From the IMG/VR virus record IMGVR_UViG_2534682294_000013: DNA of 39,485 nucleotides. One strand, written 5' to 3'. Within the stretch, counting starts at the first letter, position 1, and every line of letters starts with the position of its first letter. Positions 13,311 to 26,330 of this stretch are shown here, one piece after another. The notes beneath the pieces were generated by a model. It was given only the letters and a program-made list of their open reading frames with translations, had not been told where the DNA came from and did not search any database. The position numbers and the translations under genes were made by a program. The DNA is from a virus. Lineage: Duplodnaviria; Heunggongvirae; Uroviricota; Caudoviricetes.

Positions 13311-13951
13311 TAAACGCCAAACTCTTCGCGATAGGCCTTAACCGCCGCCAGATGTTCCGCCATTTCCGGCTTCTCTTCCAGGTAAGCAATCAGGTCTTTC
13401 AGGGTGATGATAGAGATCACTTTGCAGTTGTAATCACGCTCAACTTCCTGAATCGCCGAAATCTCGCCGCGCCCCCGTTCCTGACGATCAAGCGAAATCA
13501 ACACGCCAGCAAGCGTCGCGCCATTAGCCTGAATAATCTCCATCGATTCGCGAATCGCCGTTCCGGCGGTGATCACATCATCTACCAGCATTACGCGTCC
13601 TTGTAACGCGCTACCAACCAGATTGCCGCCTTCACCGTGGTCTTTTGCCTCTTTGCGGTTAAAGCAGTACGGCAGGTCAAGGTCATGATGCTCCGCCAGC
13701 GCCACGGCGGTAGTGGTGGCAATCGGGATCCCTTTGTAAGCAGGGCCAAACAGCAGATCGAACTCAAGGCCGGAATCCACCAACGCTTCAGCGTAAAAAC
13801 GGCCTAACAGTGCCAGATCGCGCCCGGTATTAAACAGCCCGGCGTTGAAGAAATAGGGGCTTTTGCGCCCGGACTTCAACGTAAACTCGCCAAACTTTAA
13901 CACCTGCTTGCCAAGCGCAAATTCAATAAACTGGCGCTGATATGGTTTCAT
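13310..13951 (-). CDS. pyrE: Orotate phosphoribosyltransferase
   Basis: [12 protein letters not shown]... with the PRPP-binding motif [13 protein letters not shown]. It is 213 aa from the ATG at 13951. Confidence 0.97.
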
Positions 13952-13983
13952 GCCTTCGCTCCTCATCTTACTTTTCTACAGAC

Positions 13984-14011
13984 AAAAAAAAGGCGACTCA
14001 TCAGTCGCCTT
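13984..14011 (-). terminator. pyrE attenuator (intercistronic rph-pyrE terminator hairpin)
   Basis: The minus strand reads aaggcgact-gatg-agtcgcctt followed by a run of 8 T. It starts 6 nt after the rph stop codon, which is the known position of the UTP-sensitive attenuator. Confidence 0.8.
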
Positions 14012-14016
14012 AAAAA

Positions 14017-14733
14017 TCAGTTTGCCAGCGCCGCCTTCTGCGTCGCTACAATGGATTCGATTCCCCCTCGGGCCAGAGCCAACAAGGTGAGTAGCTCTTC
14101 ATGGGTGAACGGCTCGCCTTCTGCCGTCCCCTGCACTTCAATGATGCGCCCGTCTTCGGTCATCACTACGTTCATGTCGGTCTCTGCGGCAGAGTCTTCA
14201 ACGTATTCCAGATCGCAAACCGCTTCGCCGTTCACAATTCCGACAGAAACTGCGGCTACCATCCCTTTCATCGGGTTGGTTTTCAGCTTGCCGTTTTCCA
14301 CCAGCTTCTGTAGCGCATCTGCCAGCGCCACGCAGGCACCCGTAATCGACGCGGTACGCGTGCCACCATCAGCCTGAAGCACGTCGCAGTCCAGCGTAAT
14401 GGTGAACTCACCCAGCGCTTTCAAATCTACTGCCGCGCGAAGAGCACGGGCGATCAGACGCTGGATTTCCATTGTGCGTCCACCCTGCTTACCTTTCGCC
14501 GCTTCACGAGCGTTACGGGTGTGGGTAGAACGTGGCAGCATGCCGTACTCTGCGGTGATCCAGCCCTGGCCCTGACCTTTCAGGAAGCGCGGCACGCCTT
14601 CTTCAATAGAGGCGGTACACAACACTTTGGTATCGCCAAATTCGACCAGCACCGAGCCTTCTGCATGTTTTGTATAGTTACGAGTCAGGGTAACGGGACG
14701 CACCTGATTATTGCTACGGCCTGCTGGACGCAT
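14017..14733 (-). CDS. rph: Ribonuclease PH (full length)
   Basis: [29 protein letters not shown]... with the motif [11 protein letters not shown]. It is 238 aa from the ATG at 14733 and has an intact C-terminus. Confidence 0.95.
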   Translation of the reverse strand: MRPAGRSNNQVRPVTLTRNYTKHAEGSVLVEFGDTKVLCTASIEEGVPRFLKGQGQGWITAEYGMLPRSTHTRNAREAAKGKQGGRTMEIQRLIARALRAAVDLKALGEFTITLDCDVLQADGGTRTASITGACVALADALQKLVENGKLKTNPMKGMVAAVSVGIVNGEAVCDLEYVEDSAAETDMNVVMTEDGRIIEVQGTAEGEPFTHEELLTLLALARGGIESIVATQKAALAN

Positions 14734-14859
14734 ATTGAAATCTCCGGCTTGAAACAAATGTGGCTGCGCATTATACGGACTTCCGGCGGTTATTCCTATC
14801 CTGACAAGGCATCGATGGCTATAATCCTTCCACCTCTCCTTTTATAAACAGGAACGTCT

Positions 14860-15723
14860 ATGATCCGCAGTATGACCGCCTACGCCCGGCGTGAAATCAA
14901 GGGTGAATGGGGGAGCGCAACCTGGGAAATGCGCTCGGTAAACCAGCGTTATCTGGAAACTTACTTTCGTCTGCCGGAGCAGTTCCGTAGCCTTGAACCT
15001 GTCGTTCGCGAGCGTATTCGTTCTCGCCTGACGCGCGGTAAAGTGGAATGTACCCTGCGCTATGAGCCAGATGTTAGCGCGCAAGGTGAGCTGATCCTCA
15101 ACGAAAAACTGGCTAAACAGCTGGTAACTGCCGCGAACTGGGTAAAAATGCAGAGTGACGAAGGGGAAATCAACCCGGTTGATATTCTACGCTGGCCGGG
15201 CGTGATGGCAGCCCAGGAGCAGGATCTTGACGCCATTGCCGCTGAAATTCTCGCGGCGCTGGATGGTACGCTGGACGACTTTATTGTCGCGCGCGAAACC
15301 GAAGGTCAGGCACTGAAAGCATTGATCGTGCAGCGTCTGGAAGGCGTCACCGCCGAAGTGGTCAAAGTCCGCGCCCATATGCCGGAAATCCTGCAATGGC
15401 AGCGTGAGCGTCTGGTCGCGAAGCTGGAAGATGCTCAGGTTCAGTTGGAAAACAACCGTCTGGAGCAGGAGCTGGTTCTGCTGGCACAACGAATTGACGT
15501 TGCCGAAGAACTGGACCGCCTGGAAGCGCATGTCAAAGAGACCTACAACATTCTGAAGAAAAAAGAAGCCGTTGGTCGTCGTCTGGACTTTATGATGCAG
15601 GAATTCAACCGCGAGTCGAACACTCTTGCGTCGAAGTCTATCAATGCCGAAGTGACAAACTCCGCGATTGAGCTGAAAGTGTTGATTGAGCAGATGCGCG
15701 AGCAGATTCAGAACATTGAATAA
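14860..15723 (+). CDS. yicC: YicC-family stress-induced protein
   Basis: 287-aa ORF, MIRSMTAYARREIKGEWGSATWEMRSVNQRYLE... An AGGAA sequence lies upstream of the ATG. Confidence 0.93.
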   Translation: MIRSMTAYARREIKGEWGSATWEMRSVNQRYLETYFRLPEQFRSLEPVVRERIRSRLTRGKVECTLRYEPDVSAQGELILNEKLAKQLVTAANWVKMQSDEGEINPVDILRWPGVMAAQEQDLDAIAAEILAALDGTLDDFIVARETEGQALKALIVQRLEGVTAEVVKVRAHMPEILQWQRERLVAKLEDAQVQLENNRLEQELVLLAQRIDVAEELDRLEAHVKETYNILKKKEAVGRRLDFMMQEFNRESNTLASKSINAEVTNSAIELKVLIEQMREQIQNIE

Positions 15724-15757
15724 CTCGTAACGCCAATTCTTACTTTTCAGCCTTCAC

Positions 15758-15792
15758 AAATGCCGCCCACTCAAACAGAGCGGCATTTTTCT
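15758..15792 (+). terminator. Candidate rho-independent terminator after yicC
   Basis: aaatgccgc-(13 nt loop)-gcggcattt followed by ttcttcc. Confidence 0.5.
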
Positions 15793-15882
15793 TCCCCGCA
15801 ACTTCAATTCTGTTTTGCGTGCCTGCTCCAGATTTTGTGATGTTTTTTTGCCCAGCACACTGAGAACGTGAGATACTCACAA

Positions 15883-15898
15883 CTGTATATAAATACAG
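15883..15898 (+). promoter_or_regulatory. LexA box (SOS operator) of dinD
   Basis: CTGTATATAAATACAG matches CTGT-N8-ACAG exactly. It lies 46 nt upstream of the dinD ATG. Confidence 0.88.
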
Positions 15899-15943
15899 TT
15901 ACAGATTTACTTTCTTTGCAATCGATATCACATGGAGTGGGCA

Positions 15944-16768
15944 ATGAACGAACATCATCAACCTTTTGAAGAAATACGGCATTATGGCACTGAAGGGCAA
16001 GAATTTTGGTCAGCTAGAGAATTGGCACCGTTACTGGATTATCGGGACTGGCGCAATTTTCAAAAGGTACTGGCCCGCGCGACTCAAGCGTGCGAAGCCA
16101 GCAATCAAGCTGCATCTGACCATTTCGTTGAAACCACCAAAATGGTTGTATTAGGTTCAGGGGCTCAACGAGAACTTGAAGATGTTCATCTCTCCCGCTA
16201 TGCCTGTTACCTGGTAGTACAAAACGGCGACCCTGCGAAACCGGTCATTGCGGCAGGGCAGACTTATTTTGCTATCCAGACCCGACGGCAGGAGCTTGCT
16301 GACGATGAAGCATTTAAGCAACTTCGTGAAGACGAAAAGCGTCTGTTTCTGAGAAATGAGTTGAAAGAACATAACAAACAATTGGTTGAGGCAGCACAGC
16401 AAGCTGCGGTAGCGACAGCTACTGATTTCGCCATATTTCAGAATCATGGTTACCAGGGGCTGTATGGTGGATTAGATCAGAAAGCCATCCACCAACTGAA
16501 GGGGCTGAAAAAGAGTCAGAAGATCCTGGATCATATGGGTTCAACAGAACTGGCGGCTAATCTCTTTCGAGCTACCCAAACAGAAGAAAAACTCAAGCGG
16601 GATGGCGTGAATTCAAAACAGCAAGCTAATACCACACACTTTGATGTGGGTAGCAAGGTGAGGCAAACCATTCAGGAACTTGGCGGAACCATGCCTGAGG
16701 AGTTGCCGACCCCGCAGGTCAGCATCAAGCAGTTGGAAAACAGTGTAAAAATTACAGAGAAGAAATAG
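15944..16768 (+). CDS. dinD: DNA damage-inducible protein D
   Basis: MNEHHQPFEEIRHYGTEGQEFWSARELA... gives 274 aa from the ATG at 15944. A GGAG lies 6 nt upstream. The track ORF starts 4 codons earlier. Confidence 0.9.
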   Translation: MNEHHQPFEEIRHYGTEGQEFWSARELAPLLDYRDWRNFQKVLARATQACEASNQAASDHFVETTKMVVLGSGAQRELEDVHLSRYACYLVVQNGDPAKPVIAAGQTYFAIQTRRQELADDEAFKQLREDEKRLFLRNELKEHNKQLVEAAQQAAVATATDFAIFQNHGYQGLYGGLDQKAIHQLKGLKKSQKILDHMGSTELAANLFRATQTEEKLKRDGVNSKQQANTTHFDVGSKVRQTIQELGGTMPEELPTPQVSIKQLENSVKITEKK

Positions 16769-17059
16769 CAGAAACTAAAAACTCTTTTTGTTGATTGAGA
16801 TACCCGATGCGTAAGCCAAAGTCCAGGTGCGGTGAACACAATGGCTAAACATTGCACCTTTCTTTTCCACCCCTCAATTTTAACCTATTTTTTCTTATGC
16901 ATTTTCTCAGACAAGAAGTCAGAAGAATGCATCTACGCTACAGAAAATAGCGATTTCACATAACTACAAGTTATCAATTTCCTCTCACCTTAAAAAATCT
17001 CAATCGTGACAATACGCACAAATCGCTACCCTGCCAGACAGATTTTTAGGGAGAGAACC

Positions 17060-19470
<2,411 letters not shown>

Positions 19471-19489
19471 TCACAGGCAAATGCGGAAA

Positions 19490-20237
<748 letters not shown>

Positions 20238-20291
20238 ACCTGATTTCAGTATCATGCCCAGTCATTTCTTCACCTGTGGAGCTTTTTAAGT

Positions 20292-20567
20292 ATGGCACGC
20301 GTAACTGTTCAGGACGCTGTAGAGAAAATTGGTAACCGTTTTGACCTGGTACTGGTCGCCGCGCGTCGCGCTCGTCAGATGCAGGTAGGCGGAAAGGATC
20401 CGCTGGTACCGGAAGAAAACGATAAAACCACTGTAATCGCGCTGCGCGAAATCGAAGAAGGTCTGATCAACAACCAGATCCTCGACGTTCGCGAACGCCA
20501 GGAACAGCAAGAGCAGGAAGCCGCTGAATTACAAGCCGTTACCGCTATTGCTGAAGGTCGTCGTTAA
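20292..20567 (+). CDS. rpoZ: RNA polymerase omega subunit
   Basis: 91-aa [32 protein letters not shown]... Confidence 0.97.
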
Positions 20568-20585
20568 TCACAAAGCGGGTCGCCC

Positions 20586-22694
20586 TTGTATCTGTTTGAA
20601 AGCCTGAATCAACTGATTCAAACCTACCTGCCGGAAGACCAAATCAAGCGTCTGCGGCAGGCGTATCTCGTTGCACGTGATGCTCACGAGGGGCAAACAC
20701 GTTCAAGCGGTGAACCCTATATCACGCACCCGGTAGCGGTTGCCTGCATTCTGGCCGAGATGAAACTCGACTATGAAACGCTGATGGCGGCGCTGCTGCA
20801 TGACGTGATTGAAGATACTCCCGCCACCTACCAGGATATGGAACAGCTTTTTGGTAAAAGCGTCGCCGAGCTGGTAGAGGGGGTGTCGAAACTTGATAAA
20901 CTCAAGTTCCGCGATAAGAAAGAGGCGCAGGCCGAAAACTTTCGCAAGATGATTATGGCGATGGTGCAGGATATCCGCGTCATCCTCATCAAACTTGCCG
21001 ACCGTACCCACAACATGCGCACGCTGGGCTCACTTCGCCCGGACAAACGTCGCCGCATCGCCCGTGAAACTCTCGAAATTTACAGCCCGCTGGCGCACCG
21101 TTTAGGTATCCACCACATTAAAACCGAACTCGAAGAGCTGGGTTTTGAGGCGCTGTATCCCAACCGTTATCGCGTAATCAAAGAAGTGGTGAAAGCCGCG
21201 CGCGGCAACCGTAAAGAGATGATCCAGAAGATTCTTTCTGAAATCGAAGGGCGTTTGCAGGAAGCGGGAATACCGTGCCGCGTCAGTGGTCGCGAAAAGC
21301 ATCTTTATTCGATTTACTGTAAAATGGTGCTCAAAGAGCAGCGTTTTCACTCAATCATGGACATCTACGCTTTCCGCGTGATCGTCAATGATTCTGACAC
21401 CTGTTATCGCGTGCTGGGCCAGATGCACAGCCTGTACAAGCCGCGTCCGGGCCGCGTGAAAGACTATATCGCCATTCCAAAAGCGAACGGCTATCAGTCG
21501 TTGCACACCTCGATGATTGGCCCGCACGGCGTGCCGGTTGAGGTCCAGATCCGTACCGAAGATATGGATCAGATGGCGGAGATGGGTGTTGCCGCGCACT
21601 GGGCTTATAAAGAGCACGGCGAAACCAGTACTACCGCACAAATCCGCGCCCAGCGCTGGATGCAAAGCCTGCTGGAGCTGCAACAGAGCGCCGGTAGTTC
21701 GTTTGAATTTATCGAGAGCGTTAAATCCGATCTCTTCCCGGATGAGATTTACGTTTTCACACCGGAAGGGCGCATTGTCGAGCTGCCTGCCGGTGCAACG
21801 CCCGTCGACTTCGCTTATGCAGTGCATACCGATATCGGCCATGCCTGCGTGGGCGCACGCGTCGACCGCCAGCCTTACCCGCTGTCGCAGCCGCTTACTA
21901 GCGGTCAGACCGTTGAAATCATTACCGCTCCGGGCGCTCGCCCGAATGCCGCTTGGCTGAACTTTGTCGTTAGCTCGAAAGCGCGCGCCAAAATTCGTCA
22001 GTTGCTGAAAAACCTCAAGCGTGATGATTCTGTAAGCCTGGGCCGTCGTCTGCTCAACCATGCTTTGGGTGGTAGCCGTAAGCTCAATGAAATCCCGCAG
22101 GAAAATATTCAGCGCGAGCTGGATCGCATGAAGCTGGCAACGCTTGACGATCTGCTGGCAGAAATCGGCCTTGGTAACGCAATGAGCGTGGTGGTCGCGA
22201 AAAATCTACAACATGGGGACGCCTCCATTCCACCGGCGACTCAAAGCCACGGGCATCTGCCGATCAAAGGCGCTGATGGCGTGCTGATCACCTTTGCGAA
22301 ATGCTGCCGCCCCATTCCTGGCGACCCGATTATCGCCCACGTCAGCCCCGGTAAAGGTCTGGTGATCCACCATGAATCCTGCCGTAACATCCGTGGCTAC
22401 CAGAAAGAGCCAGAGAAGTTTATGGCTGTGGAATGGGATAAAGAGACGGCGCAGGAGTTCATCACCGAAATCAAGGTGGAGATGTTCAATCATCAGGGTG
22501 CGCTGGCAAACCTGACGGCGGCAATTAACACCACGACCTCGAATATTCAAAGTTTGAATACGGAAGAGAAAGATGGTCGCGTCTACAGCGCCTTTATTCG
22601 TCTGACCGCTCGTGACCGTGTGCATCTGGCGAATATCATGCGCAAAATCCGCGTGATGCCAGACGTGATTAAAGTCACCCGAAACCGAAATTAA
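20586..22694 (+). CDS. spoT: Bifunctional (p)ppGpp synthetase II / hydrolase
   Basis: 702 aa with the HD motif LLHDVIEDT plus RelA/SpoT, TGS and ACT regions. The start codon is TTG at 20586. Confidence 0.97.
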   Translation: MYLFESLNQLIQTYLPEDQIKRLRQAYLVARDAHEGQTRSSGEPYITHPVAVACILAEMKLDYETLMAALLHDVIEDTPATYQDMEQLFGKSVAELVEGVSKLDKLKFRDKKEAQAENFRKMIMAMVQDIRVILIKLADRTHNMRTLGSLRPDKRRRIARETLEIYSPLAHRLGIHHIKTELEELGFEALYPNRYRVIKEVVKAARGNRKEMIQKILSEIEGRLQEAGIPCRVSGREKHLYSIYCKMVLKEQRFHSIMDIYAFRVIVNDSDTCYRVLGQMHSLYKPRPGRVKDYIAIPKANGYQSLHTSMIGPHGVPVEVQIRTEDMDQMAEMGVAAHWAYKEHGETSTTAQIRAQRWMQSLLELQQSAGSSFEFIESVKSDLFPDEIYVFTPEGRIVELPAGATPVDFAYAVHTDIGHACVGARVDRQPYPLSQPLTSGQTVEIITAPGARPNAAWLNFVVSSKARAKIRQLLKNLKRDDSVSLGRRLLNHALGGSRKLNEIPQENIQRELDRMKLATLDDLLAEIGLGNAMSVVVAKNLQHGDASIPPATQSHGHLPIKGADGVLITFAKCCRPIPGDPIIAHVSPGKGLVIHHESCRNIRGYQKEPEKFMAVEWDKETAQEFITEIKVEMFNHQGALANLTAAINTTTSNIQSLNTEEKDGRVYSAFIRLTARDRVHLANIMRKIRVMPDVIKVTRNRN

Positions 22695-22700
22695 TGTTTT

Positions 22701-23390
22701 ATGAACCCAACACGTTATGCACGCATCTGCGAAATGCTCGCCAGGCGGCAGCCTGATCTGACCGTCTGCATGGAGCAGGTCCACAAACCTCATAACGTTT
22801 CTGCGATTATTCGTACCGCAGATGCCGTTGGCGTACATGAAGTTCACGCCGTCTGGCCTGGTAGCCGCATGCGCACCATGGCTTCGGCAGCGGCGGGTAG
22901 TAACAGCTGGGTACAGGTGAAAACACACCGCACCATTGGCGATGCCGTCGCTCATCTCAAAGGCCAGGGCATGCAGATTCTGGCAACCCATCTTTCTGAT
23001 AACGCTGTCGATTTCCGCGAAATTGATTACACTCGCCCGACCTGCATTTTGATGGGACAGGAGAAAACGGGCATCACGCAGGAAGCATTGGCCCTGGCGG
23101 ATCAGGACATCATCATTCCGATGATCGGCATGGTGCAGTCGCTGAATGTTTCCGTTGCCTCAGCCCTCATTCTTTACGAAGCCCAGCGTCAGCGGCAAAA
23201 TGCAGGCATGTACCTGCGTGAAAACAGCATGTTGCCGGAAGCAGAGCAACAACGCCTGTTGTTTGAAGGCGGCTATCCGGTGCTGGCGAAAGTCGCAAAA
23301 CGCAAAGGCCTGCCTTATCCCCACGTCAATCAGCAAGGCGAGATCGAAGCTGATGCCGACTGGTGGGCTACTATGCAGGCTGCAGGGTAA
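22701..23390 (+). CDS. trmH: tRNA (Gm18) 2'-O-methyltransferase, SpoU family
   Basis: 229-aa ORF 6 nt after the spoT stop. SpoU-type C-terminal motifs are present (IIIPMIGMVQSLNVSVA). Confidence 0.95.
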   Translation: MNPTRYARICEMLARRQPDLTVCMEQVHKPHNVSAIIRTADAVGVHEVHAVWPGSRMRTMASAAAGSNSWVQVKTHRTIGDAVAHLKGQGMQILATHLSDNAVDFREIDYTRPTCILMGQEKTGITQEALALADQDIIIPMIGMVQSLNVSVASALILYEAQRQRQNAGMYLRENSMLPEAEQQRLLFEGGYPVLAKVAKRKGLPYPHVNQQGEIEADADWWATMQAAG

Positions 23391-23395
23391 GTGCC

Positions 23396-25477
23396 ATGAC
23401 AGGTCGCCTGTTAGATGCTGTCCCACTCAGTTCCCTAACGGGCGTTGGCGCAGCACTTAGTAACAAACTGGCGAAAATCAACCTGCATACCGTGCAGGAT
23501 CTACTCTTACACCTTCCCCTGCGCTACGAAGATCGCACCCATCTCTACCCCATCGGAGAACTACTGCCGGGCGTTTATGCCACGGTGGAAGGCGAAGTGC
23601 TGAACTGCAATATCTCCTTCGGCGGTCGGCGGATGATGACCTGCCAGATCAGCGACGGTTCCGGCATCCTCACCATGCGCTTTTTCAATTTCAGCGCGGC
23701 AATGAAAAATAGCCTGGCGACGGGCCGCCGTGTACTGGCTTATGGCGAAGCAAAGCGCGGTAAATATGGTGCGGAGATGATCCACCCGGAATACCGCGTG
23801 CAGGGCGATCTCAGCACGCCAGAATTACAGGAAACGCTCACGCCGGTTTATCCAACAACGGAAGGCGTAAAGCAGGCCACGCTGCGTAAATTAACCGACC
23901 AGGCGCTGGATCTGCTCGACACCTGCGCCATTGAAGAACTCCTGCCGCCGGAACTGTCACAAGGAATGATGACGCTACCGGAAGCGTTGCGCACTTTGCA
24001 CCGCCCGCCACCGACGCTACAGCTTAGCGATCTGGAAACCGGGCAGCATCCAGCGCAACGTCGTCTGATTCTGGAAGAACTGCTGGCGCACAACCTCAGC
24101 ATGTTAGCCTTACGTGCCGGAGCACAGCGTTTTCATGCCCAGCCGCTGAGCGCCAATGATGCGCTGAAAAATAAACTCCTCGCAGCCTTACCGTTCAAGC
24201 CAACGGGCGCACAGGCACGCGTAGTGGCGGAGATCGAGCGCGATATGGCGCTGGATGTGCCGATGATGCGCCTGGTACAGGGCGATGTAGGTTCCGGTAA
24301 AACGCTGGTCGCCGCCCTCGCCGCGCTGCGTGCGATTGCCCACGGCAAACAGGTGGCATTGATGGCACCAACCGAATTACTCGCCGAACAGCACGCCAAT
24401 AACTTCCGCAACTGGTTTGAACCGCTCGGTATCGAAGTGGGCTGGCTCGCCGGTAAGCAGAAAGGCAAAGCGCGACTGTCTCAGCAGGAAGCCATCGCCA
24501 GCGGTCAGGTGCAGATGATTGTTGGTACGCACGCCATCTTCCAGGAACAGGTGCAGTTTAACGGTCTGGCGCTGGTGATTATCGACGAACAACATCGCTT
24601 TGGCGTGCATCAGCGTCTGGCGTTATGGGAGAAAGGCCAGCAGCAAGGCTTCCATCCGCATCAGTTGATCATGACCGCCACGCCGATCCCCCGCACGCTG
24701 GCAATGACGGCGTATGCCGATCTCGATACCTCGGTGATAGATGAGCTGCCGCCAGGCCGCACGCCAGTGACTACGGTCGCTATTCCTGATACCCGCCGTA
24801 CCGACATCATTGACCGCGTGCGCCACGCCTGCATAACTGAAGGTCGTCAGGCGTACTGGGTTTGTACGTTGATTGAAGAGTCAGAGTTACTGGAAGCGCA
24901 GGCGGCGGAAGCTACCTGGGAAGAGTTGAAACTGGCGCTACCAGAATTGAATGTTGGCCTGGTACACGGGCGGATGAAACCAGCCGAGAAACAGGCGGTG
25001 ATGGCGTCGTTTAAACAAGGTGAGCTACATCTGCTAGTTGCCACTACCGTTATTGAAGTCGGTGTTGATGTGCCTAACGCCAGCCTGATGATTATCGAAA
25101 ACCCTGAGCGTCTGGGTCTGGCGCAGTTACACCAGCTTCGCGGGCGTGTAGGTCGTGGTGCGGTGGCTTCTCACTGCGTGCTGCTCTACAAAACGCCGCT
25201 CTCCAAAACCGCGCAAATTCGGCTGCAAGTGCTGCGCGACAGCAACGACGGTTTTGTGATTGCACAGAAAGACTTAGAGATTCGCGGACCGGGTGAACTG
25301 TTAGGTACGCGTCAGACGGGTAATGCTGAGTTTAAAGTGGCGGATTTACTGCGCGATCAGGCGATGATCCCGGAAGTTCAGCGCCTGGCGCGACATATTC
25401 ACGAACGTTACCCACAACAAGCAAAAGCCCTGATAGAACGCTGGATGCCGGAGACGGAACGTTACTCCAACGCATGA
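23396..25477 (+). CDS. recG: ATP-dependent DNA helicase RecG
   Basis: MTGRLLDAVPLSSLTGVGAA... with Walker A GDVGSGKT and a DEQH box. It is 693 aa from the ATG at 23396. Confidence 0.95.
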   Translation: MTGRLLDAVPLSSLTGVGAALSNKLAKINLHTVQDLLLHLPLRYEDRTHLYPIGELLPGVYATVEGEVLNCNISFGGRRMMTCQISDGSGILTMRFFNFSAAMKNSLATGRRVLAYGEAKRGKYGAEMIHPEYRVQGDLSTPELQETLTPVYPTTEGVKQATLRKLTDQALDLLDTCAIEELLPPELSQGMMTLPEALRTLHRPPPTLQLSDLETGQHPAQRRLILEELLAHNLSMLALRAGAQRFHAQPLSANDALKNKLLAALPFKPTGAQARVVAEIERDMALDVPMMRLVQGDVGSGKTLVAALAALRAIAHGKQVALMAPTELLAEQHANNFRNWFEPLGIEVGWLAGKQKGKARLSQQEAIASGQVQMIVGTHAIFQEQVQFNGLALVIIDEQHRFGVHQRLALWEKGQQQGFHPHQLIMTATPIPRTLAMTAYADLDTSVIDELPPGRTPVTTVAIPDTRRTDIIDRVRHACITEGRQAYWVCTLIEESELLEAQAAEATWEELKLALPELNVGLVHGRMKPAEKQAVMASFKQGELHLLVATTVIEVGVDVPNASLMIIENPERLGLAQLHQLRGRVGRGAVASHCVLLYKTPLSKTAQIRLQVLRDSNDGFVIAQKDLEIRGPGELLGTRQTGNAEFKVADLLRDQAMIPEVQRLARHIHERYPQQAKALIERWMPETERYSNA

Positions 25478-26328
25478 CCAGACTCATCACAAGACAAGTC
25501 ACGCAGTAAATCTTCAATCTGGATAGTGAGGATATCCATTGCCTCATACGCATCCTGTGCAATTCGCGCCGCCATTGCGCCTTCCGGTTCACCACGCAGA
25601 ATTTCAGCCGCTGCCTGTACGCCAGCCACAATCATTTCAGGTGTTAACATTTGGCGAAGAAAAGCGCGATTATCAGAGGACCAGCCATCTTTATGGCCTA
25701 ATGGATGCCCCCAGCCTATCCATTCTTGCGACCATAACGGATTGGCTTCTATGGGATAAATTAGATGCGCGGCATACTGAATAGCACACACCGCTTTTCC
25801 TGGCGTATCCAGCGCCCACCAGCGCGACCAGAGAGAACGAATTAACGGCGCGGCCCCACCCAGAGTATTGAACACCGCCAGCCAGCAAAGAACGTTATTG
25901 AAACCACGCTCGTTATCCATACGCTGCAACGCGGTGTCCAGTAAAAATTGCCGTACCTGCTGGCGTTGGGAAGCATTCATCATCTCCTGCCAGAGATAGG
26001 GCCGACACAATGCCTTCATTAAGGATTCTTCGAAGTGATCACCATAACCGCCAGCTAAAACGGTTTCATGCCATTGCGCCAGGCAGAGCGGAAACAGATA
26101 GCGAAACAACTCTATTTGCATCGGTTCGTTATAAACGAGATTGAGTACATAGTAAGCACTCAAATCCCATTCGCTGATCTGCTGCCACTCTTTAGCCGCC
26201 AGCGCCTTGAGTTCGGCATCTGCGTAATCAAATTCCGTTTCCCATACACAGAGCACTGGCGGCTCATCACCAAAAATATGGCGACAGTGTTCACGTAGCG
26301 TTTCCGGTTCCTTCCGACGCTTTTTCAT
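25462..26328 (-). CDS. Hypothetical protein (288 aa, Trp-rich, no motif recognised)
   Basis: Long ORF with native-like composition. Its ATG lies 2 nt after the gltS stop on the same strand, and its 3' end overlaps the recG 3' end by 16 nt. I count 13 Trp residues. No catalytic or TM signature is visible. Confidence 0.7.
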   Translation of the reverse strand: MKKRRKEPETLREHCRHIFGDEPPVLCVWETEFDYADAELKALAAKEWQQISEWDLSAYYVLNLVYNEPMQIELFRYLFPLCLAQWHETVLAGGYGDHFEESLMKALCRPYLWQEMMNASQRQQVRQFLLDTALQRMDNERGFNNVLCWLAVFNTLGGAAPLIRSLWSRWWALDTPGKAVCAIQYAAHLIYPIEANPLWSQEWIGWGHPLGHKDGWSSDNRAFLRQMLTPEMIVAGVQAAAEILRGEPEGAMAARIAQDAYEAMDILTIQIEDLLRDLSCDESGHALE

Positions 26329-26330
26329 TT

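Noticed and set aside
21351-22991. Large antisense ORFs from the track: 236 aa at 21351-22061 and 261 aa at 22206-22991, both on the minus strand. The same pattern occurs elsewhere, for example 7876-8331, 11084-11356, 28485-28937, 29825-30232 and 31713-32180.
   Set aside because: Each lies wholly opposite a strongly supported conserved gene (spoT, trmH, coaD, coaBC, xanP, yicH, yicI). They have Arg/His/Gly-rich shadow-frame composition and no ribosome-binding site or motif. I treat them as non-coding shadow ORFs.
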